A stretch of DNA of 64,000 nt, taken from NCBI GenBank assembly GCA_044892525.1, contig CM097887.1, positions 34,534,001 to 34,598,000 on the forward strand. The letters run 5' to 3'. Position numbers and translations under genes: made by a program. This DNA comes from Schmidtea polychroa. Lineage: Eukaryota. The notes below the pieces were generated by a model. The model saw nothing but the letters and a program-made list of their open reading frames with translations, was not told the origin of the DNA and did not search any database. Positions within the stretch are counted from its first letter, which is position 1. Every line of letters begins with the position of its first letter. Below are positions 33,678-48,499 of the stretch, piece after piece.

Positions 33678-36600
33678 TCACAACTCGCTACGTGTCTTTC
33701 CTGATTTTACCAATGACAAACCATTATTGATTAATTTCAACATGTCATTAAAATAGAGATCCTCAGAATCAGAAGATAGATTCATAAGTTGAGAAATTAA
33801 TTGATGAGCATGATTTAAGAAAGTCGTAAATTCTTCTTTACTAATATTATCACCGCAAATAGGATAGATGTTTAAAAGAGAATGAATAACTTTTTCGTAA
33901 TAATCGACAGACAGTTTGTGATTAGTATAAATCATCTTGTTGAATCTTGAACACCATCCTTCTTGGTATAGAATAGAGTTGATATTAATTCTGGAGAAAA
34001 TTTAAACAGTTAAAATAAACCAGCCAAAACTAAGGTAAAAGCAATCAATAATAAAACCTTAAGTTTCGAAAACCTTTAGTAAATTTTGTTTGCAAAGAAA
34101 TTATAGATAAATAATAAATTATAGCAAATACACCAATAACAAATTTTTGAAGTTGAAAATTGGAGTATTTTTTTACATTTTTTAATTGATTAACAATATT
34201 ATATTTTTGATATTTCATTAAAATAATGCAAAATTTCAAAAATGGAACGTGAAACATTTCAACGCAAAACGATTCAAGGGAAAGTGAAGTATTGGTGTAA
34301 CGGGTGGAAACAAAAGAATTGTAAAGGAGAAACAATTGTGGATTAATAGAAAAAACACAAAAATGATTAGAAAAACATGAAATATTAACACGATAAATAG
34401 AAAAACTAAAATGAGGAGGAATTTGCGTTGAAGGTAAAACAGTTTATTTAGAAGCCCCGAAAACTAAAGTTAATGGAAACATAAATAACAAAATATATAA
34501 TTACAGCGAAATGAAAAAAAAAGAATTTATAATGTAAAATAAGTTATTCTATCTAAATCTACCAGATTGAAAGTTAAAGCCATTTTCCTTGATCCTTTCA
34601 TTTTCACGTTTCCTTTACTTTGAAAATAACAGTATTTAAAGGAGAAAAACAGTGGGGAAACCTAAAAGCAAGACAATAAATAAATGAAATTCAGCTGTCT
34701 ATAGAACCTAATACTAAAACAACAGAGACTTCAATCTCAAACGTTGAAAAAAATTAAATTGTTATACTTTCTAAAAATTTTCATTTAAAAAAATTTGACA
34801 TATTACAAAATTGTTCTATGAAACTGAATGGCTTCGATTAAATCCATTTTAAATCTTTTTTTTGTGAAAATAATTTTCAATTTCGTTTAATCCATTTCTT
34901 TATCCAAATATATTTTGAAGTTCAACTCTTTATTTTGCAAGGATTCCGAAAGGTCATCATAACATTCAATATTTCTATCTAGTGATTCAAAAATGGCAAG
35001 TACCTGCAACTTGCGGGTCCATAATAAATCGAAATTAAAATAACACTATTGCTTTCTGTAATAGTACTTTTCTTCCAATCTCTGTCTCAATCTTTTCCTC
35101 TATCCTAACTGGTACAATAATACCGATTATTTTGAATTTTACTCTTTTAATAGCTAATCCGTCTTGACAAAGATATTTATTTGATATTTTGATTACTTAT
35201 CTCCTATACTATAACTATGCTATCACGATAATGCAATCTTATAGTTAGTAAAGAGAAAGTATTGTTATACATTTGTTGCTATGAAGATGGCAACCTACAT
35301 TTGACTATGGTGGCACTTATCTGCACATTTTGGGATTTATCAGTGAAATTATAAACAATTATAGATTGGATTCTAAAGATTATCTGAATAACAACAACGA
35401 ATTTTAAACAATGCTCTTATCGATCAGCACAATAACAATTTAATCTTCTCTTTACTGAAGCATACAGAATAAATTATCAAGCATTATTGAATAAACTCAA
35501 AATTACGATCGCTTCACTACTGGTTAAGTTTAATATCTGAACACCATTAGCTAGATTGCTTTCTTTCCTTTGACTTTGCAGCTCCTTTTCATTTATTAAC
35601 AATAAATTCACAAAACATCGAATGTTTTTTTAGTTAGAATTCTCTTGAAACCTTTTCTGTTTTTCAATTTCTTTCAAACATTTTATCGTTAGTTTTATTT
35701 CTTTTTCAAAAAAATCCTTTTATGTGTTTCCTACCAATTTTTTCTTCCAGTTTGTTTGTCGACTGATAAATTTTTGGTTCCTTAAGACTTCCATCTTACG
35801 AGCTTTTCTTTATTTTTAGTTTAATTAATGGCTTTTTAGCTATTCTTTTATTATTTCCAGAATTTTCTCTTCGTCCAACTTCTCATAGGTCTAAATTGTT
35901 TCTTGCAATTAATTTACTCATTTTAATAAATATTTTGTTTTCTCATTTAAGCAATCTCAACAATTTTAATATATAAACAAAAAGTTATGAAATGATTAAA
36001 ACAAAGAATGTAATGATTATAAATACAATTTCTAATGGCAAACTAGTTCCGAACTTATTTAAACTCTTATCGAGAGAACGTACAAAAATCGATCCAATCG
36101 ATTAATTCTAAAATCAAATATACCTGCTTACTCAGACCGAATATCGATTTCACCGCACGCATCAATTTGTTATTGCATCTTGTCATGAACCAATCAATAC
36201 CAACACCATATTATTGCATTATTCATTGTAAGATAGTAATTTATTTTTAGCGATTTAAATTGAATTTTCACATTTATCAATAAAATACAAATCTAACTTT
36301 TTATATTGATTTTGTCGCTCAGCAACTTCTTCAATTGATAAATTTATTCCTTCTGAATTCTTAACAAACGTTTATGATTAATTTGAAACCAATTCCACTC
36401 ACTCTTTCCTTTAACCAATCCGAAATCAATGTGACGATTTTTAACGATATCTTTGTATGCCCGAGTGTGGAATAGTGATCAAAGATATCGGCAAAAATTG
36501 ATATTCCCCCACCATTGAAAAACGCAATTTGAGCAATTGGGAACTGCCTTGTAGTGGCACTAATTGCAACCAGAATTTTATTAGTTAATGATATATCACG

Positions 36601-39600
36601 AGACTGTTTCAATTGCACTAGTAGACGAGTTAGAGTACCATTTTTGATCGCTTGCACTTTAACTTTCGAGTTACTATTATTAAATATAATAATACAAATA
36701 ATATTTAATTATTGGGTCTGAAAATATTTTAGGCTAATTTTGAAGTTTTTGATATGCAGTATTTGGTCGCCAAATTTGTTTTAGTCATTACAGTTTGGGC
36801 ACTTCCCCAACAACGAGTACGTATATTTCAAAGTAAACAATTTATTAAATAAGGATTCTCTAGTTAGTTTAATTTTGTTTAATAATTTATTTTTACTTCT
36901 TTTTTTGGTGATCATGAACTTTTCAATTTGTGATTTTCGTCTTTTTTATTGTACGAGGGACATAAATTCTACTTTTCTTGATACTTAAGTGAGATTTTAG
37001 TTAAAAAATTTTTAATGGTTATTTTTAGCCTTGAAAACCAACGCCAATTGAGATCAAGCAATCGAATTTCTTGATAAAAAAACATTTGGACCTATCACTA
37101 TAGAAACATAACCGATGAAGGCGAAAAGGTATTTTATCGTTACTCAAAAATCAAGTCTAGAACGAATCATTGTTCAGCAGCATTATTCCTTTTATATAAA
37201 ACCACTTCACTAGAGATCATAATTTACAAAACACAGGCCGAACACGATATTTGCGTTAATGGCAAATCAAAACGCGGAATTTCTCAGAATACTAGAGAAA
37301 AAATCGAAGATTAAATTAACCCCTTTACTGCGAAGGACGAGTATGTCTCGTAAGGTTGTGTATTGCAATTACGTATCTAATAAAATTATTTGATTGCTAT
37401 TGCACACATTATCAAAAATAACAATTTTTTTTCAAATTTAATCGATAGGTGGCGATATAATAAATAAATTTTTAGGACAGCTAATGGTGTAAAATGTTCA
37501 TAATTTTTCAAATTTTTGGAACACCGTGTAATTTTTGTTACATTATTGCTATTTATACAATGAACTTTCTTGCAATTCGTAATTTTTCAAATTTTTGGAA
37601 CCCTGTGTAATTTTGGTACACTGTGTAATTTGTGACATGTTGAATATCTTTAGCATACACTGTTCTTTTTACACTTCGACAATCTATATATGTACGGTGT
37701 TATTTTTTTGCAGTCTTTGGAACCCTATAAGTTTTATTATAAAAAATGTTTCGATTTAACAACATTACATTACCAAATTATCCTGTCACGCACAGCATTT
37801 CTATATTGCGAAATGGTTAAAATCAACGTTTACAAGTCACACAAAATAAGAGAAAATTTAAATGAATAAACTGTTAGAGAAATGCCAACTAATGGTCAAC
37901 TTAGAAATTTTCTTCGTGAGCGAAAAAATACAAGTTTGAGGGTACTCAAGAAATAAGTTTGGGTCGATTAGAATGTTGGTGTAATCAACATGAAACAATG
38001 TCTGAAGATATAGATAATCAATATATTTTTCAAAGCTATTTTAATTATGGAGACGAAGATGATGATGAAAAAGATCCATGTTTTCTTTTTGTAGTATAAA
38101 AAAAACCAAATTGAACTGGCAAAGCTATCCAGTTTTAATTGTATGAAGTTCGGATCGTGATCGTCAATTTCATCCATTTGCTTTATGTGTATCGACGAAT
38201 GAAAAAGCTGAAAATTTCGAATTTATATTTAAAGCAATTCAAGCTTATGTTAAACTAATGCATCTCAAGCAATAACTAATGGATTTTCACGCGTATTTCG
38301 AGATAAATTCGGAAGAATTATGTTCTGGGCGCATATAAAAAAAGAGCAGTTGAAAAAAAACTAGGAAACAATTTACAAAAAAGTATATTGTCTGATATCA
38401 ACTATCTTCAAACTAAAATGTATTCAATGCAGCTAGAAAATTATTTTTTACAAAAGTATGAAATAGAAAGTGATCTTATTAATTATTTCAAATATGAATG
38501 GATCAATCAACATCCTGGATGGTTTGAAGGTTTATTTATAAATCCTTCTACAATTAATGGTTTAGAATCCATAAATAGAGTTATCAAAGATCAAAAACCA
38601 TTACGTGAAATATTATCAATAAATGAATTCATAGTTTTAAAAATTGTTAAATCATGGTCGTTTGAGTGAGATTCAAATTATGTTAACTTAAAAACTTTCG
38701 CACTAGAACCAACAATTACATTACAACAATTACAATTTGTTAAACAAAAAGAATCCATTGAATATTATTTTACCAAAAGTGAATATAGCTATGAGATTAG
38801 CAAAAATAGTTACAATAATTATGTCAAGCATATTAAGAAATGTGGATAGGAATACACTAGATGAGTTTATTAAATCGTATTGTTCAATATGGCAACTAAC
38901 AATTCCAAAAGAAATTGATACTAATAATTTAAATTGGAAAAACGGTAGTTGTAATTGTCCATCATTTTTAAAAGAATATACTTGTAATTATCTTTTAGGA
39001 ATAAGATTACAAGTAAAGTTAGTGTTCCACTGTGTGGAAAAAGGAAAGAGGTAGTTGTTAGATAATTTAATTTAAAATTTGCTGTTTATTTGCATTTTTA
39101 AAAAAAATTTTACTTAATAATTTTACTAAAGTTCATACCCATTAAAAATTTGAAAGTAAAAATCAATATTTTTCAAAGGGAGTAGTGGTAATCCGTGGCA
39201 AATGAAATTTTGAAGATGAATAAAATAATTTTAAATTGATTAGTCTATAGAAAGATCAGTGGATCAAAAACAAAATAAGTTTCAATGCAGGCCATTAATC
39301 AAAGGGTACCCATCTGATTGCCAGATTAATGGGCTGCCGGGAACTTAGATAATGCAATAAATTCTTTAACCAGCCGAAGGAGATTAATGACCAAAAAAAT
39401 ACTATATAAACAGAAAGCGCCAATTGGTCGAAGAGAAAAAAAATTAAACTTATTAGGGTATTTACACAGTTATTGTGACTTTGTAAAGAATTTGGATATT
39501 TTGTTGGGATTTTAGTATTCCTTTGATTGCTGATCGGGGCGAGATTCAGTTCCATCGATAAACATTTAAATACCCCAACAGAAACTATTACATTTAATTA

Positions 39601-41357
39601 TTTTGCCAGTTTATTTTCCTACCAAGTCTATTTATCAAAATCAAAATGCAATACTAAATGGAAATACATCTATAAATGAATAGCAAGTGATCAAGGCTTT
39701 ATTGTATTTTTGGAATTAGATTAACAAAGGTTCATTTAGGTTCCCGGAACCAACTTTGAGAAACGCTGATCTTAACGATTAATTTATTAGTTTGAAGTTA
39801 CGAAAAAAAGCAATGGCTTGTAGCGAAAGTTAAAAAAAATCTTTCTTCGACACAAACATATTTTTATCTGTATTATTGATTTTTAAGGACAAATTCTGAC
39901 TATAAAGGCACATTTTATCGTATGACTTTAATCAGAGCACCTTTAGTTGCAGAACTTTTTTGACTATAAGTAAATATTAATATTGATTTAAAAGTGCAAA
40001 ATTGTGCTGAAAAAGGGTTTGTCATCAAAAGGCCTTATAAAAATGCGTCATACGCTTTGATTGATCAATTATTTCCCGCGTTTAATACAAAATCATACCT
40101 ACTAGCTCTTAACCATTTATCATCCCTGGCCCATTATAAAATTCCCAAAATCATTCCCAAACGACCTTTACAAGATTTTCCGGGTTACTCAATCATTAAT
40201 ACATTTTTAATAGAATATATTTTCTTTTAACAAAGACTTTTAAAGTTGATTTTAAAAACTCGACATTGGAACTTCAGATATCGATTGGAATCTTAGCAAG
40301 TTACGTATTCGATGGACTGTCATTAGAATGTCACACCTAGAACGGATCGGACAACCGAACTTATCCTAATTCAATACATAAAATCCAAAAATACATTTAA
40401 TAATATGCCATTCTATTTTCAAATTACAAATCGTCACTTAAATAGAAACAATAAAATAAATTAAATTTATGTCGGTCGTAAATTGAACAGATTTGAATAT
40501 AATAAAATATGAAAATTCTTTTTATTTCTGATTTATAGATGTGTAGAATATTAAAATTTACCCTTGAAGGGCACTGGACAAGCATGAAAGGGCTTCGGAT
40601 TTTAAATCGAAATCATCGCCATCCAAAAATCCATGCAATAATGTTAAACCATCCATATCAACAAAATTTTGAGCGTTATCGATCTGAATTTTGAATAATA
40701 GAGTAAATTAAATATATTTCATTTCTATACCTGATGTAAATAGTATTCAATATCTTGTAAAACAGTTATTTTCTTATTTTTATTAACATCTGACTGTAAT
40801 TCAATTAAAAGTTCCTTAATAATTTCCAAATCGGTTTTAAAATTCATTTGAGCAGAGGCCATTTCCTCTTTCAATTTTTCATAAGATCTAAATTTTGTAC
40901 CATTTATTTCTATGGAATCCGCTTCTGCAGAATTACTTCCACTATCATCTTTAATATTTTTGAGTAGTTCTTTTAATTGTGTAGGTGAATAACTTAATGA
41001 TTTTAGATCGGTTTGGTTTGCCGTTTCGTTGACCAAGATCATGCCTAATAAATTACTAAACAGAAAATTCGCTGTTCTAAATCCTACCTGAATTTACTGT
41101 TTCATCATCATTACTCATTAATTTGGCTTCAGTTACTCCAGTTTGGAAATTTGAACGAATATGTAATCCAGATGGAATAATTTGATTAGGTTTAACAACT
41201 TGCCACTCTTTTGTTGGAATGAATTCTTTTGTTGTAGTTTCTATTTAATCAATATTGCACATTATTTAGTATAAATTATTAAATTACCATTGTTTTCAAT
41301 AGAATAAGAAAATGAAAGTGATAATAATATGATATTAAAAAATGTTTTAGAAAACAT
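33678..41357 (-). CDS. SIL1: SIL1 nucleotide exchange factor for BiP, 434 aa, 7 exons: 41357-41288, 41240-41088, 41044-40731, 40683-40562, 36673-36403, 36359-36298, 33990-33678
   Basis: Signal peptide, FIPTKEWQ..SGLHIRSNFQTGVTEAKL, LQDIEYYLHQIDNAQNF, EGWC and a C-terminal RSEL. All introns are GT-AG and phases join to 1305 nt. Confidence 0.93.
37030..39054 (+). mobile_element. Decayed MULE/SWIM-type transposase in SIL1 intron 4
   Basis: N-terminal GEKVFYR..CSAALFLLY..HD, a central PSTINGLESINRVIKD, and a SWIM-like CNCPSFLKEYTCNYLLG. Confidence 0.7.
37320..37816. mobile_element. Non-autonomous piggyBac-like insertion with TTAA target duplication
   Basis: TTAA|CCCCTTT...AAATGG|TTAA. Removing it rejoins the MULE reading frame (IED*IKINVYKSHKIRENL). 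Confidence 0.65.
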
Positions 41358-42042
41358 TGAAAATTAGAATTTGAAAACTTTCTATTAACAGTTTTAAAAC
41401 AAAGTCACTTTATTTTCAATTTTACATTTAGCCATTTCTTTACTCAAAATATAATGTTTTTTTTGTATTTTATGTATTTTATGAAAGCTAGTGATATTAA
41501 ATTATTGAATGAATTATAAATGCAAACTTAAAATAAGCTATTAACGTTTTTTAATTAATTTCGTTCAAATTTTAATAAATATGTATATAGAAATTTAATA
41601 TTTTAATATTATTGGCAATATTTTTTAGTTATGTTGGCTTTGTAAATTTTAGACGACACCTTTTCTTAACTAACAAATATCTTAAATAAACTTAAATTTT
41701 CCTAAAATTATTTCATTGACAACTAAAAATGATTCGTAGCAACAGAGAGTAGAAAATTTGGTAATGCAATTATGATATTAATATCATAAGCGGTGTTAGT
41801 TCTGTATACTAGTGGGAGGCTATCAGAAAAAAGGTAACCCAAATCTCAAGGACTGCTAATGCCCTGGCGCGCCTCTGAGTTCATGGCTTTCTATAAAAGA
41901 TATTTACATCATACCTATCGCTTGTCCCATTATTACGCTTTTCATTTAAAGATCAAATCATTTAAGTTTGATGAAATTGTTGGGCTTTGTTTTTTTAATG
42001 AATCGGAAATACATAACATAAAAACAGCAATATAAAGAATGG

Positions 42043-43036
42043 GTGTTTCTTCGACCCAAGTGCTACTCACTCCAAGGCGATAAAAACACTCTAAAAGCCA
42101 AAGGAATAAGACTTACAAACTCTAATCTTACAGATGAAGTCTATAAAAAAGTGTATACTGGTGGTGGAACAGTGAGCATCCCACAAAAAAGAATAGGAAG
42201 TGTCAATCATCAGTTGTATAATTTCATGACCGAAAAACGAGCTCTCCAATGTTTGGATGATAAAAGGTATTGGTACAATTGTAATGAAAGTTATGCCTAC
42301 GGTCACTATAAGATTCGTCAAATGCATATTGCAACTGCTATGTCTAGAAATGAATGCAAATCGAAACAATCACTTTAACAATTAAATTTATGTGAATAAT
42401 AAAATATATATTGTGAATTGTTTGACTTAGTTAATTAAAATGTGTTTTATCATTTAATTATTCATTTGTCCAATTAATTTAGATAATTAGTTTCAAGTAA
42501 GAAATATTATTTTTGTGTTTATTTTATTTATTTATTTATTTTTTCCGAAAAATTTAATATCCAGTTTATCTAAAATTAACTCAGCGTTTTATTTTATAAT
42601 AAATTAAATAATTTCTAATTAAAATTTTATTCAAATTGAAATATTATTGTTATAATTTACCTCTTGTTAGAATATAATGTAAATGTAAAATTAAAAAAAA
42701 AATAATAATAATAATAAATAAATAAATAAAATAATACTAAAATAAAAACATAATAAAATAATTAATTAAGAAAATAAAAAATAAAATAAAATAAAAATAA
42801 TAATAATTAAATAGCGTAAGTAATTAAAATAAAATATTAATAAACTAATAAATTAATTAAATGTAATAAAATAAAATAAAACATAATAAAATAATTAATT
42901 AATAAAATTAAAAAAAAATTAAAAAGAAGTAATTAAATAAAATGTTAATTTAAAAAAAAATGATTCGATTGGTCTATATTTGATCTTGATATTCCATGAC
43001 CTTGAAAGTGCGCTGGAGTCCTTACTATTCACTACT
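42043..43036 (+). mobile_element. Polinton/Maverick remnant: protein-primed PolB C-terminus and element end
   Basis: LRPKCYS..KAKG..KRALQCLDDKRY..AYGHYKI, then an AT-rich tract, TGACCTTGA, and a terminal ACTACT at 43031-43036. Confidence 0.7.
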
Positions 43037-43537
43037 AACGTTTACTAGAAAATTTTCGAAAGCTATTAAAAGAAGATTCAATATCAATTCAACAGGTTGA
43101 TCCGAAAATAATGAACAATTTTAATATTATAATATTATAGAACTTTCTCTGGATATTCTTTCATTTGTTTTATTTGGCATTTAGAAATGTGCAATGTTTA
43201 TTTATTGATTTAGGCTTTTAATTTAAATTATTTAAATTGACTTCAGAATCACAATTGATATGAGAAGAATATATAAAAGATCAACCATAAAAAACATGGT
43301 TTTTGAAACTCTCTCTTAATCACTCTCTTAATTTCAACATATTTTCGATTTAATTACGTTATCTCTTTAATCTGCAGTTAATATAGAAATAAGAATTTAT
43401 ATTGAAATAAAGAAATAACACTAGATTTGACATATCAATATTTTTTAAATTAACCAACTTTCCGCCTAATTCCAGCTCAATCCAATGCGAAAAGTAGGTT
43501 AATTTGGCCTCACAAAATTTGCGTGGCACATACAAAC

Positions 43538-44992
43538 TAGGGATTCCAAAAATACCGACTTTTGCAATACCGGTATTACCGAAAAAATATTTTCTATCAA
43601 CGGTATTACGGGTTTTTACCGGTAATACCGTCTTCTTTTATTCAACTTCTATTATTAATTCTCCCAATTGTTTCATTTATCATTAATTTGTTAATTAATG
43701 GTTATTAATAATTAATTAATTTGATAATTTACGTTAGTTAATTACTTTCATAATCATTAAACTTATCAAATTTTATAAAAGATACACAATAAAATATTTT
43801 TGAAAATGTTTTATTAATCGATAAAATTGAATAACAAATAGGAGGTCAAACAGTTTATTAAAACTAATTATTACATTATTACAATACATACATTCAAACC
43901 ATTACATTACGTTTATTAAATCAAAATATTTTATAAAAAGAAACAGAAAAAAATAGAATGAATTATTTACAATATTTTTTTGTATTTAAATAGGATTTTA
44001 GAAAAACCCAATGTATCTAAACTTTCGTCCGCTAACCTAGACCTTATTATCGTGCAAATTAATCCTGGGGCTGAAAAGGCTCTCTCGGACTCTACACTAG
44101 TAGGATGAATGGTTTTTAAATATTGGTAAACCATTTCTAAATGTTTACCACGAATGTTTTCCTCACAAAAAGTTTTCATTTCTTTGCGAATCGTAGTTTG
44201 TAAATTCGATCTTTCATTTCGCACATTATAATGAAGATTTTGATGCATTTTTTTATATAATTTTTCTTTTAATGAACAAAAATTGTTGTCACTCGGCATA
44301 TCTTCATTTAAAAAAACTTCTTCAGGATTTTCATCATCTTCATTTTCATTTTCCTCTTCATATAAATTTAATTTCTGTATCAATTCTATTATTAATTTGG
44401 TTATCATTGTTTTCGAAGGTAATTTAAATATGCTGTGATCTTATTGTGATTTTGTTGTTCTGGGTTGTGTAGAAATTGTAACCTTGATCTGTTTTCTTTT
44501 ATTATGGTATTGCATTTATTTTCATTGAGACAAAAGATAAAAAAATTTAATTTCACGCAAAAAAATTTTTATTATCTTTGTATAAATTTGGCGACTCTTT
44601 TGAGAAACAGACCGAAAAAGATCTTGCCTTTCCGGCCGGCCTTTTTTACCTGTTATTCAAAAGAGCCGTCAAATGTATTGGAATTACTTCCGACGACCAT
44701 TCTCTGACTCCAATCCGTCCAGATAAATTAGATATATTGGAGGTCATAAAATATAAAAGCTTCTTAGAAATGTACACACATCTGTTTTGTGTTGATGTAG
44801 ACGTAGACCATGAAATTGTAGTCAGCAAAGAAATAGGACTTAAAATATAATTAAAATATATCATTTTTAAAGAAATTAATAAATTTCGGTAATTACCGGT
44901 TTTTTATTTTGTAATACCGGTAATACCAAAGATGCAGTTTTCATCAAAAACAGGTAATACCGAAACCGGTATTACCGGTAATGGAATCCTTA
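43538..44992 (-). mobile_element. Internally deleted hAT element, 1455 bp
   Basis: TIRs TAGGGATTCCA / TGGAATCCTTA, 8-bp TSD ATACAAAC, and dimerisation domain PTSVESERAFS. Confidence 0.92.
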
Positions 44993-45067
44993 ATACAAAC
45001 TTTATCAAAGTTAATATAGAGAGTAAAAATAATTTATTAAAATCAACTAATTTTTATTCAATATAAT

Positions 45068-46636
45068 TACGGTTGCGAGGTATCCGGTTTTGAACCGGAC
45101 AGTCCATTTATTCAACTAATTGTCCGGTGGAAAAAAAATTAGAAGGACTAGACGTACATTTGTCCGGTAATTCTCCGAACGCTTTGAAAATTTTGAAATT
45201 CAAAATTTTTATACCGCAGTAGGCTATCGAAAATTTTATTTTATAAAAATTGTAGTTTAATAGGAAATGCAAAATATTAAAGTATTATTTAAAGTTTTCT
45301 GCTGGTGTAGTAAAGTGATAAATATAGTAAAGCTGATAACGCTAGTCTGAATTATGAAATAAACAATTTCGTTTTTCAAAAATTATTTAATGAAGAAAAT
45401 AAAACCATTATTGCAGCTCATTGTAATGATCATATAATTTATAATTGTGCTTTGAAATTATTATCCTTCGACATTGTAAACGTTGTATTTAAAGTGTTTG
45501 CTGAGTTTTCTAATTCAGCCAAAATGCGATAAAATTTGAAAGAATGTTATGAGTTTTACGAATCAGAATTTCATGAAGTGGTTCGACATAGTCCTACTAT
45601 ATGGCTATCTTTATTGAAAGCAGTAATTCGCTTGCTACTAAGCTGGCAGCCGCTCACATATTATTTTTTAGCTTTAGGTGAAGACGAATGTCCAAGACCA
45701 ATGTGGAAAATGATATCTGATCAAGAAAATGAAATGTCGCCAGTAGATGAACCTACAATTTCTAAAATTTATATCTATTTCGTTCACTCATTTATGCATT
45801 CTTTTCAAAGTATTTTACTAATTCTAGAAACTCGTACAACTCTGGCATGTGATCTTTATTTAATATTTGAAAATTTCGAGAATCGTTGAAAAATAACATG
45901 AAAACCGAATTTTTTGGCATGAAAGTAAAATTTGCCATGATGAAAAACTATTTAGATCCATCTCAGGCGAATAAATTTATAAAAGAAGCTTTAAATATAT
46001 ATCCTAGAGCATTTAACTATTTGGGAAAATGAGTTGATTTCCAGAATTCTCCTTATATGCACTTTCAAGCTATGAGCCTTGCAGATGGTAAATATCTATA
46101 AGTCTGGATGAAATTTTGAAAATTTGGATGTTGTCGCCATTGAAGGATGAAGTTCCACCAGACAGTTAACAGGCCGAAATATGTGCATTGAATCCGGTAA
46201 TGGAGACACTTGAAGGAACATCTTCTATTGAAAAGTGGAACTATTTCTTTCAAAAAGAGTTTATTGAAAGAGTTTATTGAAATTTATTGAAAATAGCTCA
46301 GTTAGTCTTTTTGATTCCAGTTTCGAATGCGAATGTTGAAAGAATTTTTAGTGTGATGGGCAATCTATGGACTAACGAATGTAATCGGATGTCGTTGAAT
46401 TTAGTAAAAAGCGAGCTTTACATCTTCTTTAATATTTCTAATACATGTCAAAATGTAAAAGAAATATTTTCTAATAAAAAAACTGCTAAAAGCTGCTTTG
46501 CAGAATGAAAAATATAAAAATTAATAAAAATATCATATATTTATTTTAAAATTTAGTTTTATTAAAAAATAGCATAGTCTAAAGTTTATTTTAAAATTTT
46601 GTCCGGTATTCTTTAAGGTTTCACCTGGCAACCCTA
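45068..46636 (+). mobile_element. Decayed hAT element, 1569 bp
   Basis: TIRs TACGGTTGCGAGG / CCTGGCAACCCTA, TSD AATATAAT/GATATAAT, and PVSNANVERIFSVMGNLWT. Confidence 0.88.
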
Positions 46637-46959
46637 GATATAATTATTATAATAGAATTTAATTAATTGCATTATTTATGCTAAAACATTAATTATAAAT
46701 TATCTATAAGTGTAATTAGGGGTGTGTTGCCAAAGAGTTAACAACCAGCTCGCTAAAAAAACCAAATAATTTTATATTTTAATTATATTGAAATAAGATT
46801 ATACATATAATACATTAAGCATACATTAATACATAAATATAAACAGTATTACAGCGGGAAATGAAGTAGGCATATGAAGCCCTTATTAATGCATTAATAT
46901 AAGCTCCACATGCCTACTTCATTTTCCGAAAACTTCTTCTCGGACCTTGCCAATCTGTG

Positions 46960-47950
46960 ATTTTCATTTATCCACGACTTTACAATGGGTGTTGCATCGA
47001 AATGGCTTTCCCAATAAATTTATGAACATTAGATCTGCAATGTGATCTATTGTTAAGCTAGTTCTTAATTTTGTTACAATTGTATTCATCAAAATAAATC
47101 TTTGTTCGGCTTCTGCACTGCTAACTGCTATGGTGTTAGTTATTTTCTTTGCCTTCAAAATTGTTTTAGGCAACTGAATATTTCGTGACTGTATGTTAGC
47201 ATCAACAAAATCACGAAATTCGTTGATATCAATGTTAAATTTTAGAAATTCAGCTAATTTAGTAACTTTTTCTTCCCCTTTCAGCCAAGGTGAAATTATT
47301 TCATCAAATGGCCATGTTCCAAGGTTCTAAAACGTCAAAAATTTGTATAAATTTCTCATAATTATTATCAATATGTCTATTATTTAACTTAATATGGGTA
47401 TCACATAACAGTCTAAGCTTCATATTCTGGGCAACACTATCCAATAATTTTTCTTTTGGAATAGAATTAAATTTTTTTTTGTTTTCGAACGGTACACATT
47501 TGAAGTCATCTGAAATAGTTAAACTTGGAACTTGTATTTCATGCTTTCCAAAATCAGTTTTTCGCATTTCTATTGCTCTTATTGAACGTCTAATTAATTT
47601 GTCGGCTCTCGATATATTAATTGTTCGTGATTGCAATGCATTTGAAAGAATAGAAAGTTCTTCTAAAATGTTTATCATCAGTGCCGAATCTTTGATAAAA
47701 TTTATATTAGCTAATCTTTTAGCCATTCCAGTGTATGATGCAGAGTTGATAAAATGTTTGTATAGTGCAGGATATGCTCGCCACACCGCAGTAGTAGATT
47801 TTCAGCTGCAGGCTGCCCAACGAGGACCTAACAACGCAACCAATCTTAATGATTTTGATGTTCATTTCTTTGGAAACGGTTTCCAATTCATTTTGGTTTT
47901 TGCTGGATTGATGATACATAGTATATACTTCTTTATTTTATAAATAATTG
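46960..47950 (-). mobile_element. Decayed hAT transposase (KIAA1586/ZNF862-like)
   Basis: WRAYPALYKHF, LEELSILSNALQ and AVSSAEAEQRFILMN..RTSLTI motifs. Confidence 0.75.
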
Positions 47951-48499
47951 ATTTGCTCAAACTTATCATTCTGGTTTTATTCTTCAACATTCATTTCCTT
48001 GCATGACTTCTACTTGAAATTTAGACTTTTCTGTCAACCCTCAGTATTTAACATTTTTTTCATAATATATAATATTTAGTGTTTTTTCAAGGCCTGCGGT
48101 ATTAGAAGATGGTCTGGTAGTAGGATAGACTGGGAGAATACATTAGTTGGTTTTGCCTACCGACCACATTAACTTCTACACATCCTAATAACAAAGAGGG
48201 ATCTAGCCGACTTTGGTAGGTCAAACATTAATTTTGTTTGAAAATCCTGCATTTTGTTTCTTTATAATAATTTTCTCTAATGGGACCATATCAATCATGG
48301 TTACTAGCTCTGAGATTTGGAGAAAGTATTTCATAAAATTATCATTTTTCCCCGACGTACTCGATCTTTATATTAAAAAATGGCTAACTAAAAATTGATA
48401 GGTTTTCACGAAAATTGCCTGAAATTCGTTGGTAAGTAATTTCCTTAAACTTATAAGTAATTTTTTAAGATTTATATTTGAAAAAATGACAGGACTAAC

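Noticed and set aside
34800-35900. Possible LINE or other coding relic in SIL1 intron 6
   Set aside because: No diagnostic motif could be read in any frame.
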